DNA from: an uncultured Candidatus Entotheonella sp.
GTDB lineage: Bacteria > Tectomicrobia > Entotheonellia > Entotheonellales > Entotheonellaceae
Direction of reading: 5' to 3'
DNA: 64,000 bases
Assembly: GCA_965217185.1 (NCBI GenBank)
Contig: OZ244252.1
Span: 3,936,001 to 4,000,000, forward strand
This document shows, one piece after another, positions 19,003 through 28,428 of this stretch. Made by a program: the position numbers and the translations under genes. The notes under the pieces were generated by a model. The model was not told the DNA's origin. It saw only the letters and a program-made list of their open reading frames with translations, and ran no database searches. Numbering within the stretch: position 1 is the stretch's first letter; every line of letters begins with the position of its first letter.

Positions 19003-21001
19003 CTGGCGCGACCAGATTCTCAGAGAGTTCGTGCCCAATGTATCCCGGCTGACCCTGGTTGCCGACCCCGACGGGCTGCTTCTGGAAGAAGACATTCTGG
19101 CAGGCATACGCCAGCGGGGTTTTGATCTGATCCCATTCGGGGACCCCATCGCCTTTCGGTATGACTACGAATCGAAGTTCCGCTGCCGCTGGGACCGAGG
19201 TGAGCAGGCGGAGTTGGTGGTCGTGCTGCACGCCGCGGCCAGCGAACTGGACCGCTTGCCATACGATCTGCTCCAAGCCGGTCGCCGCCTGTCGTTCAGC
19301 CTTGGCGAGATTTTCCCCACCCTGAGCTATCCCGTCGTCACCGCCTTGGACCGGACAGAACTGGACGCGCTTTACGATGCCCAGGAACGCCTCACTCCCG
19401 GCATGTTGGGCGACAACGCGACCAAGGAATTCGTTCTCCGGCATGTTTTCGAGATTGAACCGGAACGAATTGGGGAGCCGTCTGACCTGCTGCGCGTGCT
19501 GCTGCGTCGCCATCACCGCAATCAGCGAATCCCCGCCATGCTGGATGAACACTTGGTCCACGTCCTCCGGCAACAGAACGGGTTTGATAATTGGCCCCTC
19601 GAGACGATCATCCCGGACCGGGAGGCTTTTTTCGCCTTCCTCCAGGAACGCTGGCCCGCCTTTCTTGACCAATCGGCACCTCAGGATGGAACCGGTATTC
19701 GCGAAGATGAGCAATCCTACGGCTTTGAATTCCCGGGGCCTTCGGACTTGCCCTTTGGCCATGACGACGTCCGCATCTACATCGACAGCCTGTTCCTTGA
19801 AGGATTTCTCGAAGCCGTACCCCACGAGCAGGCCGAATCCTTGTCAACATCCTGGCTCGCCGTCGGCATCCGAACGGACGACCCGACGAATCGGACGCAG
19901 CGGATAGCCACCCTCCTCGATACCTTGGCATCCGACATTCCGCAGGCGGACACACGGCACAGCGACTGGTTCCGCTTTGCCAGGGCCTGGGCCGAACTGG
20001 TTGTTTTGGCTCAGGATTCGGACGCGATGTTGCCGGAGCCAGCACGCCGGAAGATGGAAAAACTGCACGCGCAGATCGATGCTGCGCTCGTATCCTGGCT
20101 GGCCAAACGCTACGCCGGCTTGGTGAACCTGCCGCCAGTTCCGCCGGTCATGCTTCACCACGTTCCCCGTCTTCTCTCCAGGCACGTCAACACCGCCAGA
20201 GAACACAAGGTCGCACTCGTCGTGGTGGACGGCCTTTCGTTGGCGCAATGGCTTGTCATCCGCAAGGAGCTTTCCAGGCAACGCCCCGCGTACCGCTTCC
20301 GGGAGAACGCGGTGTTTGCCTGGATTCCGACCCTCACGTCCGTCTCGCGTCAGGCGGCCTTCGCAGGGAAGCCGCCTGTCTATTTTCCAAATAGCATCTA
20401 TTCCACGGACAAAGAACCGGCATTGTGGGCGCAATTCTGGGTGGACCAGGGGCTGACACAGCAAGAAGTCGCGTACGCCAAGGGGCTGGGTGACGGTGCT
20501 CTGGAAAACGTGGAAGCGATCATTGCCCGGCCAAAGACACGCGTCGTCGGTTTGGTTGTCGACAAAGTCGACAAGATCATGCACGGCATGGAACTCGGCA
20601 CCGCGGGGATGCACAACCAAGTCCGACTGTGGGCCGGTCAACCGTTCATGGCCAACCTTGTAGACCTGCTTCTGGGAAACGGATTCCGTATTTTCCTGAC
20701 TTCGGATCATGGCAATATCGAAGCGACCGGGTGTGGGCGTCCCGGAGAGGGGGCAATTGCGGATCTGCGAGGGGAGCGGGCTCGAATCTATCCGAATGCT
20801 TTACTTCGCGGTCAGGTCAAGGCGCGATTTCCGGACGCCCTGGAATGGCCGCCGATTGGGCTGCCGGACGACTATCTGCCCCTGCTGGCCCCTGGCCGTT
20901 CGGCGTTCGTGCGGGAGACGGAACGCCTTGTCGGCCACGGCGGCGCTTCGCTTGAAGAACTGGTCGTCCCTCTCGTGCAGATCGAACGGAGGGACGTATG
21001 A
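18995..21001 (+). CDS. pglZ: BREX-3 alkaline-phosphatase-fold protein PglZ
   Basis: LTLVADPDGLL, ALVVVDGLS, WIPTLTSVSRQA, FLTSDHGN, GHGGASLEELVVP. Confidence 0.93.
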   Translation: MRSWRDQILREFVPNVSRLTLVADPDGLLLEEDILAGIRQRGFDLIPFGDPIAFRYDYESKFRCRWDRGEQAELVVVLHAAASELDRLPYDLLQAGRRLSFSLGEIFPTLSYPVVTALDRTELDALYDAQERLTPGMLGDNATKEFVLRHVFEIEPERIGEPSDLLRVLLRRHHRNQRIPAMLDEHLVHVLRQQNGFDNWPLETIIPDREAFFAFLQERWPAFLDQSAPQDGTGIREDEQSYGFEFPGPSDLPFGHDDVRIYIDSLFLEGFLEAVPHEQAESLSTSWLAVGIRTDDPTNRTQRIATLLDTLASDIPQADTRHSDWFRFARAWAELVVLAQDSDAMLPEPARRKMEKLHAQIDAALVSWLAKRYAGLVNLPPVPPVMLHHVPRLLSRHVNTAREHKVALVVVDGLSLAQWLVIRKELSRQRPAYRFRENAVFAWIPTLTSVSRQAAFAGKPPVYFPNSIYSTDKEPALWAQFWVDQGLTQQEVAYAKGLGDGALENVEAIIARPKTRVVGLVVDKVDKIMHGMELGTAGMHNQVRLWAGQPFMANLVDLLLGNGFRIFLTSDHGNIEATGCGRPGEGAIADLRGERARIYPNALLRGQVKARFPDALEWPPIGLPDDYLPLLAPGRSAFVRETERLVGHGGASLEELVVPLVQIERRDV

Positions 21002-21768
21002 ACGGACGGGAAACCCAGATCGGCTTCAGCCAGCGTGTCCGGCTTGAGTGGTTCGATCAGACAACCAATCTGCTATTGGCTGGGAATGACAAGGCCCTGA
21101 TCAATGACTCGCTCCAACATCTGTTGCGGGACAGGGTTTCAATCGGTAGTGAAGCGGCCAGGGGCAACAGGGAAAAGGTGATCACCATCCTGTTGAAGAC
21201 CTGGATTACCGTGCCTCCCGAGTTGGAAAAGCTACGGGACGAGGGCCTGAATATACTGCCATCACTCGCTCGCGAAGACCGAATTGCTATTCACTGGGGC
21301 ATGGCGTTGGCGGCCTACCCTTTCTGGGGCGCGGTCGCGGCGCACACCGGCAGACTTCTGCGGCTTCAGGGAACAGCCGCGGCAGCGCACGTCCAGAGGC
21401 GGGTCAGGGAGGAATACGGTGAACGCGAAACCGCATCACGGGCTGCCCGGCGCGTGCTGCGATCATTCATCGATTGGGGTGTTTTGAGCGAGACGCGTGA
21501 CAAGGGCGTCTATGTTCAAGGAAAGCAAGTCTCGTTTGAGGAACCCAAGCTTATCGCCTGGATGGTGGAGGCGTCTCTCCATTCCCGTTCGAGCGGCTCC
21601 GCCGCCACAAAAGACCTGCTGGACAGTCCAAACATCTTTCCATTCCGCTTGACCCATATCTCAGCCGACCACTTGGCCTCCCTGTCGCCTCGCCTGGATA
21701 TCCTGCGGCACGGGCTGAATGACGATCTTGTGATGCTGCGCAAAGATGGTGCGAATCCGGCGCTATAG
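20998..21768 (+). CDS. brxA: BREX-3 BrxA-like protein
   Basis: ATGA overlap with pglZ; IGFSQRVRLEW, HWGMALAAYPFW, YGER...RRVLRSFIDWGVL, IFPF; last gene of the type 3 order. Confidence 0.75.
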   Translation: MNGRETQIGFSQRVRLEWFDQTTNLLLAGNDKALINDSLQHLLRDRVSIGSEAARGNREKVITILLKTWITVPPELEKLRDEGLNILPSLAREDRIAIHWGMALAAYPFWGAVAAHTGRLLRLQGTAAAAHVQRRVREEYGERETASRAARRVLRSFIDWGVLSETRDKGVYVQGKQVSFEEPKLIAWMVEASLHSRSSGSAATKDLLDSPNIFPFRLTHISADHLASLSPRLDILRHGLNDDLVMLRKDGANPAL

Positions 21769-21818
21769 CCATCCACCGAGTCCACGCCAAGCCTGCCACT
21801 GACGCACGTCAAAGCTGC

Positions 21819-21970
21819 CCGCTGCATCCCCAAGGCCGCCGCGACCGCACCCCCGCCAGCGAAACCTGCGGCATCAAACCAACCGGTCAGCCCTTCTCCA
21901 ATACACCCCGCCCGGTCCCACCATGTGCACCCGCTGCCCCTCCGGCACGTACTTCTTACCGGGTCAAGTA
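21819..21970 (+). repeat. Right, degenerate copy of the direct repeat flanking the BREX locus
   Basis: Matches 8002-8196 with a ~40-nt internal deletion and small indels. Confidence 0.92.
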
Positions 21971-22098
21971 GAAAGGCAGGGGTGCAAGTCAGCTCTCGAT
22001 CATCACATTTCGACCCCACCGAAGGCCCGCGGCTATAGAAAACACCTGAATGACTGGACTCAGGAACGTCGACGCTACTGAGTCCAAGCCAACAATAC

Positions 22099-22127
22099 TT
22101 GACGATTGTCTATGCAAACGGTATACA
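22099..22127 (+). promoter_or_regulatory. Putative sigma70 promoter of the TA operon
   Basis: TTGACG-N17-TATACA, about 46 nt upstream of the antitoxin ATG. Confidence 0.5.
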
Positions 22128-22173
22128 CCAGCCAAGTCAAATCGTATATATCCTGGGTCAGAAGGACGGTCAA

Positions 22174-22431
22174 ATGGGTCAAGTGAACTTCCGAATGAAA
22201 GACGAGCGTTTGGCGCTCATCGATCGGGCCGCAGCGATTCGCGGCGTGACGCGTACCGAATTCGTGCTTCGTTCGAGCGAAGCGGCGGCAATCGAGACGT
22301 TGAATGAACGCCCTGTCATTACGCTCGATGAAGAGGCCTACAACGCATTCATTACCGCGCTCGATGCGCCGGTGGACCCCGACGAACAACTGAAAGAACG
22401 GTATGCCCGTACGCCGCTATGGCAACGATAA
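22174..22431 (+). CDS. DUF1778 (TacA-like) RHH antitoxin
   Basis: VNFRM...LIDRAAAIRGVTRTEFV...ITLDEEAYNAFITALDAP...PLW; directly upstream of a GNAT. Confidence 0.9.
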   Translation: MGQVNFRMKDERLALIDRAAAIRGVTRTEFVLRSSEAAAIETLNERPVITLDEEAYNAFITALDAPVDPDEQLKERYARTPLWQR

Positions 22432-22922
22432 GCGCTCCGCAGGCTCTCAACGAACGTCATGACGTCTCGCGGTTCGACTCCGGGGTGCTCAGCCTCAACA
22501 CCTGGCTGCAGCGCAAGGCCCGGTTGAACGAGGTCAAGGGTGGCGCACGAACGTACGTGGCCTGCGAAGGCAACCGGGTAATCGGATTTTACAGCCTGGC
22601 AGCCAGCGCAGTGGAAAGGCGACGGGTGTCGTCGCGCGTTGGCAGAAGCATGCCTGAGCCGATACCAGTGATCTTGTTGGGACAACTGGCGGTAGATACG
22701 GCCTGGCAAGGAAGAGGCCTGGGGTCCGACCTGTTGGTCGATGCCGGGAAACGAGCGTTGGCGGCGGCCGAGGTGATTGGCGCGCGTGCCATTATCGTTC
22801 AGGCACTCGACGAAGAAACCAAGACGTTCTACGAGCGGTTTGGCTTCTTGCCATTTTCACCCCGTGAACCCCTCATGCTGATTCTCCGTATTTCTGAACT
22901 CAAGGCTGTGCTTGAACAGTAG
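22419..22922 (+). CDS. GNAT acetyltransferase toxin (TacT/AtaT-like)
   Basis: HDVSRFDSG..LN.WL, VIGFYSL, PIPVILLGQLAVD..WQGRGLG, FYERFGF. Confidence 0.92.
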   Translation: MATISAPQALNERHDVSRFDSGVLSLNTWLQRKARLNEVKGGARTYVACEGNRVIGFYSLAASAVERRRVSSRVGRSMPEPIPVILLGQLAVDTAWQGRGLGSDLLVDAGKRALAAAEVIGARAIIVQALDEETKTFYERFGFLPFSPREPLMLILRISELKAVLEQ

Positions 22923-23008
22923 ACGCGTGTCTGAGTTCAGCACCCCCGAAAGCGCCTAGCGCAGCACATCCGTGCCACCCATGACCATTTCTCTCGAACA
23001 AGATACTA

Positions 23009-23859
23009 GGGCCTGTTGACATTCACATAGTCTCTCGGCTGTAATGGAAGGGAATACAACCCCAATCCATACCAGCCAAGAGGAGGTGGGCGCATGGTGC
23101 GAAGAATCCTCAGCGACTCGCAATGGGCGCGTGTGGCGCTGCTGTTACCCGGAAAGGACGGCGATCCTGGACGATCCGCAAGAGACAATCGGGAGTTCCT
23201 CGAAGCCGTTTTGTGGATTGCTCGTACCGGTTCGCCGTGGCGTGACTTGCCCGACGAGTTCGGGCTGTGGAACTCGGTCTTTCAACGCTTCCGCAGGTGG
23301 GCACTCAAAGGCGTCTTCGAGCGCGTTTTCAAGGTCTTGTCGGTCGATGCCGACTTCGAGTACGTGCTCATCGACGGCACCATCGTGCGCCTCCATCAAC
23401 ACGGTGCCGGGGCAAAAGGGGGACCCAAAGCCAAGCCATCGGTCGCTCGCGAGGGGGGCCAAGCACGAAGATCAGCGTGATGGTCGACGCCCTGGGCAAC
23501 TTGGTGGATTTTGTGCTGCTGCCGGGCCAGCGCCATGATTTGATCGGTGTTGCTGCCTTGCTTGATGGCGTCGAGTTCGAGGCGCTGATTGCAGACCGGG
23601 CCTACGACAGCAACGCCCTGCGCGACGAGTTGAAAGAGCGCGGTGCGACGGCGGTGATTCCCCCCAGATCGAATCGCGTCGATGAGATCGACTACGACCG
23701 GGAGATGTACAAGTGGCGTCATCTGGTGGAGAATTTCTTTTGTAACCTCAAGCAGTTCCGTCGTCTTGCGATGCGTTTTGAGAAGACGGATGTGAGCTAC
23801 GCCGCGATGATACATGTGGTGAGTTCTCGCTTGGCACTTGCCTAAATGTCAACAGGCCC
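23009..23859 (+). mobile_element. IS5-family element, IS427-type, apparently intact (851 bp)
   Basis: Perfect TIR GGGCCTGTTGACATT/AATGTCAACAGGCCC, each within CTAG (TA duplication); two overlapping ORFs. Confidence 0.95.
23094..23845 (+). CDS. IS5 (IS427-type) transposase, OrfA/OrfB joined by a probable programmed -1 frameshift
   Basis: OrfA LWIARTGSPWRDLP...IDGT; slippery AAAAGGGGG at 23414-23422; OrfB IGRSRGG.STK, ADRAYD, YKWRHLVENFF. Confidence 0.9.
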
Positions 23860-23927
23860 TAGGTGATTCCCTAACTCATATGTAAACTTGTCCTCCTACC
23901 TCATCAAGCGAAAAGGGAGATTAGCTA

Positions 23928-25007
23928 ATGCTCGCTCATACGCCGGATCAGCTTTCGCAGCAACTGGGAAAACAGAGACGAACAGTAGATTTCGATACAT
24001 TCGACATTCAACTACAGCAACTGTTGTGGATGTTGGCTGAGGGACAAGTGTCGGTAGCCCCAGCATATCAACGCCAATTTCGCTGGGACGAAACGCGCTG
24101 CTCTGAGCTAATCGAATCTCTGATACTCGGCATCCCTGTTCCCAATCTGTTTATGGCAACAAATGACGACAACACTTGGGAAACAGTCGATGGAGTCCAG
24201 CGTTTGAGCGCAATAGTCAAATTTGCAGGCGATGAAAATTTGCGTAACGATCTTAGTTTGGGTCACGCACTTGAACTCAGCAATCTAAAGAAGCTCAGTC
24301 TATTCAATGGTCTAAGGTTCAATAATCTGCCGACGCTCATTCAACAGCACGTAAGAACCCGTCCTATAAAGGTTGTGACCCTGAACGACAAAAGTGACAA
24401 GATTATAAGATTTGACCTGTTTGAACGCCTCAACAAGGGAGGAGTCTCGTTGACAAATCAAGAAATACGGGATTGCGTATTTCAAGGAAGGTTCGCTGAT
24501 AAGCTAGACGAACTAGCGAGAACTGACGACTTTCAGACGATTGTAAAATTGTCCGCAAGCAAAAAGAAAGATGGTACTTTGGAAGAATGCGTTCTCCGCT
24601 TTTTTGCATTCACGGACCGTTACCGAGAATTCGATCACAGTGTGGAGGATTTTCTTAATGGTTATATGAAAGATGCTTCCAATAGTTTCGACTACGATAC
24701 CCGCCAGTCGGAATTCAAGAACGTGTTTTCAAGACTTGCAGAGGTGTTTCCCGACGGCATAAGGCGACCGGGCGGCAAGGGTACGACGCCAATAAATCTC
24801 TATGAAGGAGTGGCCGTTGGAGCCGCTCTAGCCTTAAAGAAGAATAAAGACCTTGTTGTCAAGGATGTTGAAGCCTGGATGGACTCGGATGAACTACGCG
24901 ATTTTACTACAAGCGCGACAAACAGCCGTAACGCAGTAAGGGGACGTATAGAGTTTTGCCGTGACCGGTTTTTGGGAGAGGCACATGTCCCTAGCGCTGA
25001 AGGGTGA
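23928..25007 (+). CDS. DUF262 (ParB-like/GmrS-type) domain protein
   Basis: PAYQRQFRW, LIESLILGIPVP, VDGVQRL, FERLN.GG..L..QEIR; AT-rich relative to flanks. Confidence 0.92.
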   Translation: MLAHTPDQLSQQLGKQRRTVDFDTFDIQLQQLLWMLAEGQVSVAPAYQRQFRWDETRCSELIESLILGIPVPNLFMATNDDNTWETVDGVQRLSAIVKFAGDENLRNDLSLGHALELSNLKKLSLFNGLRFNNLPTLIQQHVRTRPIKVVTLNDKSDKIIRFDLFERLNKGGVSLTNQEIRDCVFQGRFADKLDELARTDDFQTIVKLSASKKKDGTLEECVLRFFAFTDRYREFDHSVEDFLNGYMKDASNSFDYDTRQSEFKNVFSRLAEVFPDGIRRPGGKGTTPINLYEGVAVGAALALKKNKDLVVKDVEAWMDSDELRDFTTSATNSRNAVRGRIEFCRDRFLGEAHVPSAEG

Positions 25008-25629
25008 AGTGAAGGAGCGATTTGACGCTATTGAAGAATTTCTTAACGCCACAAATGGACTACAACAACGTCAGGTTGTGGTAGCAAAAGGCTTGGCGTT
25101 CGTTCAGATATACGCTATCTATGAAGATACCGTGAGAAAAACTGTAAGCGAAGCGATTGACTCGATAAAGGCACACAATCATGAGATTAGAGAACTATCG
25201 CCGTCCCTTATGGCACTCTTTTTGGATCCTGAGCTAAGGTCAGTGCGAGACTCTGGGCGAAAGAATGAATGGGATAGTAGGCTCAAATTGTTTGAACGTG
25301 TATTTTCAAGACAAAAGGCAGACCTTTCAAGCGATACTGCTCTGCCCACGGACGGAACGCACTATCGGTATGATCAATTGGTCCTAATATTTCAGGTGTT
25401 TGGTATCAAGCGCCTTCCGGTACCTAGACGTAGACACATACAACGTATACGGGAAGTTGTGGACCATAGAAATGCTATTGCCCACGGTAGCGAGACACCT
25501 GAGGATATTGGACGCAGATACACTCGAACTGAGATTCGGAAAGCTATTGAACAGATACGAAGCATTTGCATGCTGTGGGTGCGGGTTTTTGACGAGTATT
25601 GCGCTGAGCCAACTCGTCATCGCAGATAG
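24985..25629 (+). CDS. HEPN-domain protein (MAE_28990/RiboL-PSP-HEPN-like)
   Basis: IYAIYE N-terminal motif and RNAIAHG (Rx4H) RNase motif; overlaps the DUF262 gene. Confidence 0.85.
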   Translation: MSLALKGEVKERFDAIEEFLNATNGLQQRQVVVAKGLAFVQIYAIYEDTVRKTVSEAIDSIKAHNHEIRELSPSLMALFLDPELRSVRDSGRKNEWDSRLKLFERVFSRQKADLSSDTALPTDGTHYRYDQLVLIFQVFGIKRLPVPRRRHIQRIREVVDHRNAIAHGSETPEDIGRRYTRTEIRKAIEQIRSICMLWVRVFDEYCAEPTRHRR

Positions 25630-25758
25630 CAAGCTTTTTGTCTACAAGCACAAACTCCTTGGATTCGGCGGTAGGAAGACCGCTTACACATTTGATCACC
25701 CGGTCGAAGAGAGTACCGGCGTCCACACAGGCCAAGCCCTTCGTGATCTGATTGGAGG

Positions 25759-26109
25759 TCATCTGTCGTCCCCTTGTTCGATTTCCCGGCGCACGATCCA
25801 GGCAGCCATCGGGTTGATGTCGAAGCCGTGTACGTCGCAACCCAGGCGGTTCGCCTCGATCAAGGGCGTGCCGCCGCCCATGAACGGATCTGCAATGCGG
25901 ATGCCGGAAAAGTCGTTGCATCGGAAGAAGGTGCGGTCCAGGCGGTCGTTCCCGAATTCCGCCAGGAGAAGGGCGCGAAACAGCGTTCCGGGACGGCGGG
26001 CAAACCATTTGTGGACACCAATAATCGGGCGGTAGTTCTGCTGAATCTGTTTCTCTCGCAACGCCATGGCACCGACGAAAGAAACATCGAAACGTTGTTC
26101 GATAGTCAT
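25759..26109 (-). pseudogene. N-terminal fragment of a DUF1156-type adenine DNA methylase
   Basis: VHKWFARRP, IADPFMGGGTPLIEANRLG, DINPMA; stops after 116 aa, far shorter than full-length members. Confidence 0.8.
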
Positions 26110-26254
26110 GACCGCCCCTCGGGTAACTGGCTTGGTGTGGTTGCACCGGCGGGTCGCGATTGCTCCCCAAACCGGCCAGCCTTGCGCCTTGCCCACGCAT
26201 CATCACGATACCCCCTCAGTATAGCGTGAATCTGTTCTCACAGGTTTGCCCCCC

Positions 26255-26798
26255 TCAGCTACCCACCGCCTCGGCAGCCGCGTCTTTCATGGTACCGGCC
26301 AGGACGGCGTAAGTGGCGGTCCAGGCGTCGTTGACCTCGGAGGTGAAGAGGTCCCCGAGGCCCTGTTCAAGAGTCCACAGCAGCGCTGCAGCCACCGTGT
26401 CGTAATGCCGATCCTGCACGCCGTAGCCCGATGTGGCGCTTGCCGAGGTTGCGCACGACGGAGACGATATCCTCAAGGCGATGGAGGTTCTTGACCGCAA
26501 CGCCGATGGTTTGCATGAGTTTGCGCTTCTGCTCCGACAGGTCGGTTTGGGCGAACAGCGGCTTGATCTCCGGGTCGAGCTCGAACAGCTTGCCGTAGAA
26601 CAGCGTCGCGGCCTGATCGGCGATGGGCGCGACGTGGCCCCAGGTGGACTGCACCAGCTCGATTTGCTGCGCCGTAATGGGACCGTCGGCGTCAACCAAC
26701 GGATCCGGCGCGATTTCCTCAGTCTCGGCAACCGGCGCCGCCGCAATGGCGGCCGGACTGCTCATGAACGATCCGAGCAGGGTGGATAGCAGGCTCAT
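26255..26798 (-). pseudogene. Single-domain globin with N-terminal extension, 1-nt frameshift near 26428
   Basis: LVQSTW, LFYGKLFELDPEIKPLF, QKRKL, LGKRH, then GYGV...HYDTV.AALLWTL..AW..TY in another frame; removing one G from a GGG run restores RHIGYGV. Confidence 0.85.
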
Positions 26799-27732
26799 GA
26801 GTGTCTCCTTCCTCTCAGTTTTCAGGATCGGACGTTCTTCCCGGTAACCATCTCGGCGGCCCATGCGAAACATCTGCGTGGGTGGGCAGCGCCTTGTCGT
26901 CCTGCCGGTGTTCGCTTCTCTTCATCACCAAAGGCCCCAGGCGCCGAGAGCCTGCATGGAACCTGAATGAATAGGCGGGATGAACGAAGGTGGGAAAATG
27001 GCAGGAAGGACGATGCAATGGCGCTCTGGGTGGCATGGCCAATTCCGTGTCGGTATCGGGAGCACGACGTGGTACGTGGCGACGGCATGGAATCGAGGGG
27101 TAACTCATGTTTCCCGTTCGTCCTCTATAGATGGGGACGGCTTGCATCTGAAGCCGTTCTCGCAGGCAGGGTTGGTAATTCGCCATTCCGCTGTTCCATA
27201 CAGACTTCTGCTGTCGGATGTTGATCCGACCTTCGTATAGCTGGCCCGGCTTGGCGCCGAATCCAACGGTTCGACTATCGAAGCGAAAATCGTGCCAAGT
27301 CTTTGGAAAGCGGATAAATCCTTTGTACAAAGAAGGTTAGGAGATCGATGCGGGAAGATGAGGGGTGTCTGGATGATGCGGAATGCAACGACCTGAGAGG
27401 AATTGAGGGAGAAAAGGGAGGCGGCCAACTCTCCCAATTCGTGGCGTTTATGGCGTGGTCAGTGGGGAAAGTCCGCGGGTGTGCTGATTTGAAACTCTGT
27501 TGCAGGTTGCATAGGCGAGACCAAAACGAATTCAATCGTCAACCGACTCGATAAGGTGTCGAAGGGGAGTCTGACTTTTTGGGACGGAGCTTGATATCAT
27601 GCGGCGGCGTGCCGCTGGGGTATGCCCAATTGGGGCGGAGGCTTTGGGGGCTCTGGCAGGGCAAGGCACCGATCATAGAGTGAGCCACGAGGTACCCTGC
27701 CCCTGATCTGTCCTTACGAAGGGAGCACTGCT

Positions 27733-28269
27733 ATGCCGGCCTATCGATTCTCCTCACTTTTCCTGTTCCTGTTTCTGCTGAGTTCGATCGTTCCTGGCGC
27801 CCTGGCTGACGACCTCAATGTCTCCTTCGCCGACCCGGCATGGGATGGCAAAAAGATCCCGGACGGCCAGCAATGTACGAAATTCGGGGGCAAGGGCGGG
27901 ACCCCAGCGTTGCAGGTCGACAACATTCCTGCCGGAACGAACGCGATCATCGTGGAGTTCAACGATCGGGATTACCAACCCCTATCCCGGAACGGCGGAC
28001 ACGGCAAGATTGGTTTCTGGATTTTGGAGGGCTCAAGCAGCGCCCTGTTGCCTTCAGTCCCGGGAGAGACCAACGACCTGCCGGAAGGCAGCTTCGTCGA
28101 AAAAGGCAATCGGGCAACCGGTGCCCATGCGCGGCCCGGCTACCTGCCGCCTTGTTCGGGAGGCCGGGGCAATCGCTATTTCGCCGAGGTAAAGGCAGTG
28201 TAGAAGGTCGAAGGGAAGAAGAAGCCGAAAGTGCTCGCCAAGACGAGAATCCAGTTGGGTCGCTACTGA
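27733..28269 (+). pseudogene. Secreted protein (possibly YbhB/YbcL-like) with an in-frame TAG at 28201
   Basis: Signal peptide, WDGKKIP..QC, GGHG, YLPPCSGG; frame continues past TAG to ...KVLAKTRIQLGRY-TGA. Confidence 0.6.
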
Positions 28270-28428
28270 CACCAGGCACTGCCCGGACAGCCGGCGAAAC
28301 TTTTGGCACGGCTGCCCACGCAAGAATGCCCTGGCAAGCACAGGGCTCGCCAGGGCATTGCAAGGAACGACCCCTGCGGCATGCCTATGCACAGCAATAC
28401 TCTCGGGAGATGGAAGGCTTTCGAGATG

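Noticed and set aside
8002..21970. Repeat pair as DGR variable/template repeats (three adjacent mismatches are A in the right copy: GAACCCG vs AAACCAA; the left copy is a gene 3' end)
   Set aside because: The other differences are a ~40-nt deletion and non-A indels, the long blocks keep all their adenines, and no reverse transcriptase is in the window.
26880..27700. Short ORFs in the globin-upstream intergenic region
   Set aside because: No motifs, RBS or consistent coding pattern; left unannotated.
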